Source: Eledone cirrhosa
Taxonomy: Eukaryota
Length of the DNA stretch: 64,000 nucleotides
Direction of reading: 5' to 3'
NCBI GenBank assembly: GCA_964016885.1
Contig: OZ024747.1
Location: 67,704,001 to 67,768,000 of the forward strand
Shown here: positions 54,150 through 64,000 of the stretch, in pieces
Numbering within the stretch: position 1 is the stretch's first letter
Layout: each line of letters starts with the position of its first letter
Notes under the pieces: model-generated
The model's database searches: none
What the model was told of the DNA's origin: nothing
The model's input: only the letters and a program-made list of their open reading frames with translations
Program-made: the position numbers and the translations under genes

Positions 54150-55562
54150 TTTAAACAAAGCACCGATCTTCGCCAGAAATAGATCGGATTTATCTACTGT
54201 GGAAATCAACATCATAACTCACGCTAGAAAAACCTTACTAAACTTCCAAGAAGAATACTGGACAAGAAACACATATAACAACTTATTTGATATAACGATG
54301 GGATCCATGGACTCTGCTCAAGTTACAGACCTCGTTGAACTATTTCTCCTCTATAATATTCATGACTCTTTTCCCCACCTCAAAGGTGGCCTTTATCGGG
54401 ATGATTGTCTATTGTTATCTAACAATCTTAGCAATTCCAAAATAGAGAAAACAAAAAAAACAAATTAGAAAATTCCCCAAGGACTATTACAGCCTTAGCA
54501 TCACTTGAAAACACTTCAACAGTAGCTAATTTCCTTGACGTTACCTTAGACCTCTCTACGAATACTTATCAACCTTACCACAAACCCAACCAGAATCTAC
54601 ATTATGTACATTCACGATCTAACCACCCTGGCTCTATACTCAAGAACTTAGTATATAACATATCTCTTAGACTTTCTAAATTATCTTCTAATGAAGATAT
54701 ATTTTATAATAATGCACCTTTCTACAACGAGGCCTTAACTAGAAGTGGATATAAAGAAAACATCTTATATATCCCCAACACTACTATGAACCAAAATATA
54801 AAACCTAGCAAAAACTACAAACACCAAAAAATACCATTGAAACAAATACCTAAAGTGGTTATTCCTATTACACCAAACAACCGAAAAACCACAACAACTA
54901 TTACTACACGATCTATGACCAATGTTATCAACCCACATATGAATACCAAGCACTCAAAACCTCATAATCTACCCAATAATAACACCAAATATAGAACACA
55001 AAATCACAATACAACTCTAGCACCAAACCACCCACAAAGCGACCTTCATTCTCCTGCTATCATTAATTACAATAGGAATAGCTCAAGGATTAATGAGAAT
55101 AGTATAGGCACCCCCAACAACCATCTTACGTATGGCTGTAATTGTAGAAATAGAAGCATTTGCCCCTTAAATGGCAACTGTTTGATTAATAATGTAATAT
55201 ATAAATGCACTGTGTCTACTACAGACTCCAACAAAACATATATAGGATCTACATCAAACACATTTAAGGAAAGATTTTACGCACACTCTAGTAGTTTCAA
55301 CAATACTAAACTAGCTAACACCACATCTTTAGCTGAAGCGGTAAATAATTATAAAAAGAAAAAAATAGATTTCAAGTTATCGTGGAACACCATTCTACAA
55401 TGAACTCCATATCTTGGGAACAGGAGGAAATGCAGATTATGTTCAGGGGAGATCTTGGAAATTACTAAATCTAAGGACGATTTATTAAATAAAAGGCAGG
55501 AACTGATCATAGTTTGTAATCACCGTATACGAAGAATATTTAAATACTATAAACCTAATTAA
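54150..55562 (+). pseudogene. PLE RT + GIY-YIG endonuclease, frameshifted
   Basis: FDITMGSMDSAQVTDLV, GLYRDD, NFLDV, SNHP, CNCRNRSICPLNGNC...VIYKC...YIGST..FKERF..H, and CRLC..E...LN...E...C.H. Confidence 0.9.
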
Positions 55563-55798
55563 ATATTCTAAATAGCAACTCACTATAATTCTATATAGAG
55601 TAACATTTATTAGTACCCCTTTCCACTAATTATATGCATTCATTTTTACCTTTTAATGTTTTAGCTTCCTTAAGTTTATGCGTTAATGACTAAAGGCAAC
55701 AAGGTACACAACCACCCGTAATTGCATGAGTAAAAATATATATCTATGTATGATATGAAAATATATTTATGTGTGTGTATATATATATTTATGTATGT

Positions 55799-55868
<70 letters not shown>

Positions 55869-56794
55869 ATATGTATGTGTGTGTGTGTATGTGTGTATAT
55901 ATATGTGTGTTTGTGTGTGTGTATATGTGAGTATATGTGTATGAGTGTTTATATATGAGTGTGTGTATATGTATGAGGTGTGTACATACACACATATATA
56001 TATGTGTGTGTATATATATATGTATGTGTGTATATATATATATATGTATATATGTGGGTATAGGTGTGTATGTGTTGATATAGATATGTATGGATATGTG
56101 TGTATATGATTATGTGCACATGTGTAAATGTGTATTTAGGTTTGCATCTATTTGTGCGTATGTATATTTTTGGTTGGATATCAATATAACTGTACCTCTC
56201 TATATATAGTGTGGATATATGCATTTTGTAATCTATGAAATTTATGTGTTTTAACTATGCCAACATGTATTTATCTGAGTTTGATTATTTATACATAAAC
56301 ATACTTGATAGTATTTTAGAGCATATCATATGCTGTATTATACTAAGTGCAATTTACCACACCGTACTATATTGTGTTGGTTATGTTGTATATTATCGCA
56401 TTACTGTATTTCATTATCTTATTATAATTTTCATCTTTTAATATACTATCTGTCCTAGCCCTAACCTTAATTTATATTCACCTAAAAACTCAATACAACA
56501 CTAATCACCATTTATTTTGACATTTATTTTTATTTTTATATTCCTTTTAAACTTCACTATACTAAATATATTCAACTATCAGTTTGACAATCCCTTTCCT
56601 CCTAATAGATTTTTATGCCAATTCTACTATTAACACCATTCAACCATTCCTTTCAAAGGGTCATGACCTCAACTAAAGTGTATTACTTTTCATCTTAACA
56701 CCATATGAAAAAAAAACAATTTGATTGGTTAATTCTTCAACTATCCCCAAACAAGGATATGATACTAACATACTACTAATTCTGAATACAATTA

Positions 56795-56938
56795 TTACTG
56801 CTTTTGAAAACAGCTGGTGATATGCATGTAAGTAAATATTCTCTTTATCTGATATTTTGTAACTAACCTTACATAGATCAATAACGGAGTATAGCTACAA
56901 TGTATTATCATCACCTAGAAACGATCGTAAAGCAGTAA
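56795..56938 (+). ncRNA. U3-A8 hammerhead with ~107-nt branched stem II, in the 3' pseudo-LTR
   Basis: TTACTGCTT TTGAAAA CAGCTGGTGAT...ATCACCTA GAA ACGATCGT A AAGCAGTAA: perfect 9-bp stem I and palindromic stem III. Confidence 0.72.
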
Positions 56939-56980
56939 AGTATATCTCTAATGACTTGATTTTTTATTTCATTGTTTTAA

Positions 56981-57045
<65 letters not shown>

Positions 57046-57197
57046 GTGTAGGTGCATCATCAGTGATTAGGTAGATAGGAAAGTATGCAGATATGGCAAG
57101 GTTAGCTTTATATGTGAATGTATTGCGTCGTCAGCGCTAACGTTGCTCTTGTAATGGTGGATGGAACCGGTTGTGGGCATTAATTGACATTGAAGTT

Positions 57198-57790
<593 letters not shown>

Positions 57791-57920
57791 GAGGGTGGGT
57801 AGTGATGTGGAAATATGGTGAAGAAATAGGAGTTTAAGGAGAATGAGTGACAAGATGAGAAGGGAGAGGAAAGTGAGAGAGAGGGAGAGAGAGGGAGAGT
57901 GAGAGAGAGTGAGGGAGAAA

Positions 57921-57951
<31 letters not shown>

Positions 57952-57955
57952 TTCT

Positions 57956-58020
<65 letters not shown>

Positions 58021-58161
58021 CACTGTATATACATATATATATTTATAACACTATTAACGAAGTCCTATAGTGAGCCAGCGTCTGGCTCACTCAACAAATT
58101 TAGTGAATTGTAGTTATGCAGCTGCAATCACCTGTTCAGAGTGAGTGTTAGCCTGTTTTTG

Positions 58162-58268
<107 letters not shown>

Positions 58269-58341
58269 ATATACAGGATGTCCCCCAAAATGTAGACATA
58301 TTTATTAGAATGCTGTTGAAGTGTGTATAAATGTTTTGGGA

Positions 58342-58422
<81 letters not shown>

Positions 58423-58732
58423 CAGAGAAAGAGATAGATAGATATAGAGAGGGAGAGACTGAGAGGGAGAGAGAGAAAGAGAGAGAGAGAATAACTGGAT
58501 AAGTGGAACCATATGTGACGGAGTGGAAATTTGTTTCCGTTAGCACAATTCTTCTTTTAACTCTAGGTCAGTGTTTTTCTTTGAAGATATTTGGGCGTCG
58601 TAAATAGGGAATATATTTTACAGGTATTTCTGTACATGTTAGTGATAACAGTTGTGGTGATGTAAATATTTGTTGTTGTGGTTATTGCTTAATCCCAGGT
58701 CAGCCAAGTACCTTTGTATGCACGTATGTAGG

Positions 58733-59004
58733 TAATAATTGTTTCTACTTTTTGGCACAAGGCCAACAATTACCTCAGTGTATTACTGGTGCTTTATTTT
58801 ATCGACCCCGTAAGGATGAAAGGCAAAGCTAACCTAGGAGGGATTTGAAATCAGAACGTAAAGGGCCATAACTCTATGCTTGCAAAGTATGGTGCCTGAC
58901 GCTCTACCAATACTGCCAATCCACCGGCCATATTGTTTTTACTTTTGGCACAAGGCCAGCAATTACCCCAGTGTATTATTGGTGTTTTATTTTATCGACC
59001 CCGT
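58733..59004 (-). mobile_element. Tandem SINE copies (one near full length, one partial)
   Basis: Match the family consensus. More decayed relatives lie at ~60330-60435 and ~60520-60700. Confidence 0.85.
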
Positions 59005-59083
59005 GTCGGAATGCCTGAGTGGAGGTGGCATAAGACCAGTCAGCTCGGAGGAATAGAAGCCATTGTAACAGCAGTGGAAAAGA

Positions 59084-59155
<72 letters not shown>

Positions 59156-61318
59156 CAGCGTATTTGCGAATTGCGAATTACTTTAAGACAATTAGTCGAG
59201 TGGCTTTTTTCTTCTGTATGAAATCTAAAAGAATTCTACACATTTTGGTATGAGAAATATATATTTATATTTTGACACGACAGAAAATGACACTCACGTT
59301 TTAACTATAAGGACTTAAACTGAAATTAGTGATGGACCAGAGGAAATTTACAAAATTTATTTGCTTGATATGAGAGACAAATGTAAGCAAGGACCGTGTC
59401 GCTTGTGATGTGGTAGAGTAAAGAATAATATTATTCAAATTTATTCTGTTTCAGAAAGCGCTACAACACCAATATTTGGTGGTGGAGAAGTCTTAGAATA
59501 CTCCGCCCTCTCTCTTTTTTCTCTCTCTAATTATAATAATGATATGCGTGTGAAAATCCTGCCCTAATTAATACACAGGATTAATTTCATGTAGAGTAAA
59601 AAAGAATTTATTATTTTATAATAAAAATATGTGATATTTCAGCTAAAATATGCAACATCAAGATCCGTCAAGAAGTTTTTCGGTAAAATTTAATTCCTTT
59701 CCTAACTTTTATTTTCATTATTTTATTTTTTGAGAAGAAAAAATGGATATAGATAGCAGAATAATAGAATACCTCGTGATATTCGGTTAAGTTTACATTC
59801 TCTTCTCAAATTTCGCCTCGGGTGCAGACTTCAAAAAAGCACATTCTTAAACCTTAAAGAATCAGTGTTTCATAAAAATTTGTATACTTAAGTTTAATCA
59901 ATAAGTGAATGCCTAAATATCACGTGTAGCAAGCGTTGTGAAAAAATCCAAAGGGGCGTAGTGAAAAAAAATGCTGACTTAATAATTTTCTTAGCATGGC
60001 TAGAGTAAGATGTGTCAAAAACTAGGTTCGTCAGTTCAGCAAGCAAATTAAAATTATTTGATTTGGGAGAATGTGGCGCATTACAGGGAAAAGTGGGACA
60101 CATTTTAGGGCATTAAATACCCAGGTATTGGTTTTTACATACACTATAGTTCGTTACACTATAGTTGTTATACGCCTACCACAACTCCTGCATAACATCC
60201 ACCAGAAAATTAAAGAATGCCATCGGCCATCAATCACACAGATTAAGGGTCAGCCACCTGGTGCTTAGTGTCCCTTACCAAGAGGAACCTCATTATCATC
60301 ATAAGTATTGAGGTGGATATTATCAACTACAACCATTCCTCAAAATTAAGGCAAAGGTGACTTCGGCAGGAATTAGAATCAGAATGCAGTAAGTAAGAAT
60401 AAATACAAAGATTCTAACGACTCTGCCAATTCACTAACTAGCAAATTAATGATTTCCAGAAGACAAAAAAAAAAAAAAAAAAAAATTATATAACAATCAA
60501 TTGGTGTTTCCAAGCGGTTGGTGCATTCATTCGATCAATGTTGGTATATTTAATCGATACTACTTACTTGATCGACCGCAGAATGACGAAAGTACAAATT
60601 CTACATAGGTGTGATTTGAACTTAGAATGTAAGATGTCTTAGCTAAATACCGTAAAGTATTTTGTACGTTGCTCTTCTGATTCTACTAATCCATAGCCCA
60701 CTACTTTGATGCCTGATGAAATTTGTTCTCTTAGTAGCTGTTATAATTGCTATGTTTTAATTGTATTGGGTAATGGTATTTGGGGGTGGTGGTGCAAGTT
60801 TACGTTAGTTGCTGGAGAGAGATGTGCAAGGAAAATTACACACACACACACACATACACACCCATGCACACACACACGCACACACACATACATACACCCC
60901 CCCCCACACACACACACGATTGCTTGCTCGCTTATCTGTAATATAATACAGCCAAAAGGGCGCATAATGGGAAAATTCTTTGAAAGGAAGTTGCCCCTGA
61001 AATGGGAATACAAATGGAATAAAATAAGTTTCCCCATAAATACGACCACGGGTTCCCGAGATATGGTTTTTTCCGGGTACCTTCATATAAACAAAGAGAG
61101 AGAAAGATAGAGAGGAAGAGATAGTGGTTGTGAGAGAGTAGATTGAGAGAGAAATATAGAGAGGGAGAGAGAAGGAGACAGAGAAGGAAAATGGAAGAGA
61201 GAGAGAGAGAGCTGGTAGAGTTGTGTATATATATATATATGTGAGCGTGTATCTATGACCAGTGTATATAGATCACAGACACCCACACACACACATATAT
61301 GTATATATACACACATAC

Positions 61319-61446
<128 letters not shown>

Positions 61447-61501
61447 GTGAGGTTCTTTTTACAAAATGAAAAATAATCGAGGTGTCCTACACGAGTGAAA
61501 G

Positions 61502-61709
61502 TATAAAGAAAAAGAGATGAAATCGAAAATGCAACTGGAGTCTTATTTTTTTAAAAAATATATATATTTATTTGGTTCCTTTACCGGTTTCGCAGTTCTT
61601 CTGCTTTTCAAAAGCAGAAGAACTGCGAAACCGGTAAAGGAACCAAATAAATATATATATTTAAAAAAAAAATAAGACTCCAGTTGCATTTTCGATTTCA
61701 TCTCTTTTT

Positions 61710-61716
<7 letters not shown>
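61502..61716. repeat. Near-perfect ~215-bp palindrome centred on 61609
   Basis: ...accggtttcgcagttcttctgctttt C aaaagcagaagaactgcgaaaccggt... The same family recurs truncated at 52789-52885. Confidence 0.95.
61579..61614 (-). ncRNA. Minimal U3-A8 hammerhead at the palindrome centre
   Basis: Minus strand: CTT TTGAAAA GCAG AAGAA CTGC GAA ACCGGT A AAG. Confidence 0.75.
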
Positions 61717-61782
<66 letters not shown>

Positions 61783-61937
61783 CACATGCGTATATATATG
61801 GGCCTTCCAGTTTTATTTCCCATTATATACATGTCTGCATATATTTTAATTATTTAAAAAGTATTTTGAAGTGAACTTAACCCAACGGGTCACGGGTGTT
61901 CTAGTATATATATATTTCCCCCAAGTCATTTGAAACA

Positions 61938-62005
61938 CTTGTACTGGTGAAGCCATCGAACCGACGAAATCTGGGTTTGAGTTTGAATTTAAATAGATTT
62001 CCAGG
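61938..62005 (+). ncRNA. Decayed hammerhead just upstream of a PLE ORF
   Basis: CTTGTA CTGGTGA A GCC-8nt-GAC GAA ATCTG...TAGAT T TCCAGG; needs three substitutions to be canonical. Confidence 0.4.
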
Positions 62006-62219
62006 CAGAAATAACGATATCTAAAAGAAAATAACTGAAACTTAAACTCACATAAATTGAATAATGATGATGCTAAAAATATTTGATTAAAACATAAATA
62101 TACTAAAAGTATTCTGTTTACTCTCTTTAAATTCTTTTAAAACAATACCATAACCTGTCCTGTGATCCCACGCAAAACTTCAATACCTCAACTTCAAATT
62201 CCTTGATAACTTTCGTTAT

Positions 62220-63747
62220 TAAAAGCCATCATAGTGAAGTTATCGATTGGTTTAAAGAAATTAAATATAACTATAATAATAAGTTTATTCAGTTGGATAT
62301 TGCTAACTATTAGTCATCTATCACTCCTAATCTACTGAATAAGACACTAACTTTTAAACATACAGACATAACTAGCAATGAAATGCACATTATATTATCG
62401 GCACGGAAAACATTAATAGAATTTAATAACCAACTCTGGACTAGGGCAGATAGAAATAATAATTTCGACATAACTATGGGATCATCCGATTCCGCTCAGG
62501 TAACGGATCTTGTAGGCCTATTTATAATTAATTCTCTACATAGAAAAATACCTGAGATAACCGGAGGTTTATATCGTGACGACATGCTTTTACTTATAGA
62601 AAATAATAACTGTGAACTAAATAGAAAAAGAAAACAAATTATACAATTTTATAATTACCTTAATCTAAAAGTAGAAATAGAGAATAACCATAAAATAGTC
62701 AATTTTCTAGATGTAACACTAAATCTTAACACATGTCTTCATTATCCATTTCACAAACTAAATGAGAACTTAAATTACGTCAATTTTAACTCTAATCACC
62801 CCAGATACGTTAAAAATACTATAGTGAACTCTGTACAAGAACGAATTTCGAGAATTTCAGCTAATAAGAATATATTTGATGAAAAGGCACATTATTACAA
62901 CGAAGCGTTAGGTAGAGCTGGGTATAGAAATAAAATTAAATACATCGATAATAATAATAATATAACAACTAACCATAATCGTAACAATTCTAACTATGGT
63001 AACAATTTTAACAACTATAATAGAAAACCTTACATTAATTCCGAAAGCCGAAAAAGAAATAGAACTAGGAACATATTATGGTTAGCTCCTCCTTTCTCAT
63101 TAAATATTAAAACCCCTATTGCTAAACTATTTTTTAAAGCTCTTGACAAATGCTTCCCTAGAACACATAGATATTACTCAATTTTTAATAGACATACTAT
63201 AAAATTAACTTATTCTTCCACCAAAAATTTAGCGCAAAATATTAATAGAATTAATAATAGAAATTTAAAACCTAACCAAAATACCAATAATAACCCAAGC
63301 AATATTCAATCTGATAAATGTAACTGTAGAAATAAATCTAACTGTCCGTTAAATAACAATTGCTTAGCTAAAAATGTAGTATATAATTGTAATGTAAAAA
63401 CTAATTTAAATTCATTTAATTATGTGGGATCTACTTCCACAGAGTTTAAATCCCGCTTCAATAATCATAAAAATTCTTTTACGGATCCAAACAAAAATTC
63501 TTCAACTTCTCTATCTAGCCTATTATGGTAACTAAAACTAAAGAACGTTGAATATTCGTTGATTTGGAATATTATTTCAAAAGCTACTCCTTTTAACTCC
63601 TCTTCAGAAAATTGCGATCTTTGTATAGAGGAAATATTCTTTATATTAAAGACCAAAAATTCCCTGAACTTAAGGAATAATTTATTCAGTTGCTGCAGAC
63701 ATAGATTAAACTCAACGTTTAAATATAAATATAAATTTAAAATGTAG
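62220..63747 (+). pseudogene. PLE RT + GIY-YIG endonuclease with premature stops
   Basis: EVIDWFKEIK..FIQLDIANY*, FDITMGSSDSAQVTDLVG, GLYRDD, WLAPPFS, CNCRNKSNCPLNNNC..VVY..YVGST..FKSRFNNH. After an in-frame TAA at 63529 it continues CDLCIEE..LN.R....CCRH. Confidence 0.92.
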
Positions 63748-64000
63748 TATATAATTAATTAATTAATTTTATTAATATTTTGAACCTGTCGATAAATCAT
63801 TAGATTCCTTCATCTTTTTTGACTGATTATACACTCAAGTAAAAATAACTTTTCTTCCTAAATATAAATAAATATAAATATAATAAACTATTCTAGAGAA
63901 ATATATTGAGAGCTCTTGAAAGGAGAAAATATTTCTTATTTCTTATTTTTTTTATTGTTTTTTTTTTATTTTTCTGATAGCTTCTCCTATTTCCGAAAGT

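Larger units (their letters stand above)
53861..56987 (+). mobile_element. 5'-truncated PLE flanked by ~270-bp inverted pseudo-LTR copies (53861-54130 / 56719-56987)
   Basis: The two end segments are reverse complements of each other and enclose RT/GIY-YIG remnants. The element sits in TA context. Confidence 0.9.

Noticed and set aside
61878-61905. Helitron-like 3' end acccaacgggtcacgggtgttCTAG|T
   Set aside because: No matching 5' TC end or body identified.

Overview
AT-rich eukaryotic repeat-dominated DNA with no recognisable host gene. The (TA)n/(CA)n/(GA)n microsatellites, SINE family and TE mix suggest an invertebrate, probably a cephalopod (inference). Contents: the 5' end of an R4/Dong-like LINE ORF missed by the ORF track; a near-intact two-ORF Tx1/L1-clade LINE plus a tandem truncated copy, both in (TA)n; several Penelope-like elements (PLEs; RT + GIY-YIG); two mariner deletion derivatives, one Hsmar2-like; non-autonomous Helitrons; about 12 tRNA-SINE copies; a 15.7-kb 9-bp satellite with ~6.28-kb higher-order duplication; and a 3.8-kb 30-bp minisatellite. 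The main hidden signal is about 13 type I hammerhead ribozyme (HHR) motifs found by eye, mostly in PLE pseudo-LTR-like or inverted segments. Four unrelated families use a compensated U3-A8 core (UUGANAA instead of CUGANGA), often with large stem II insertions. All folds were derived manually and ribozyme activity is untested.
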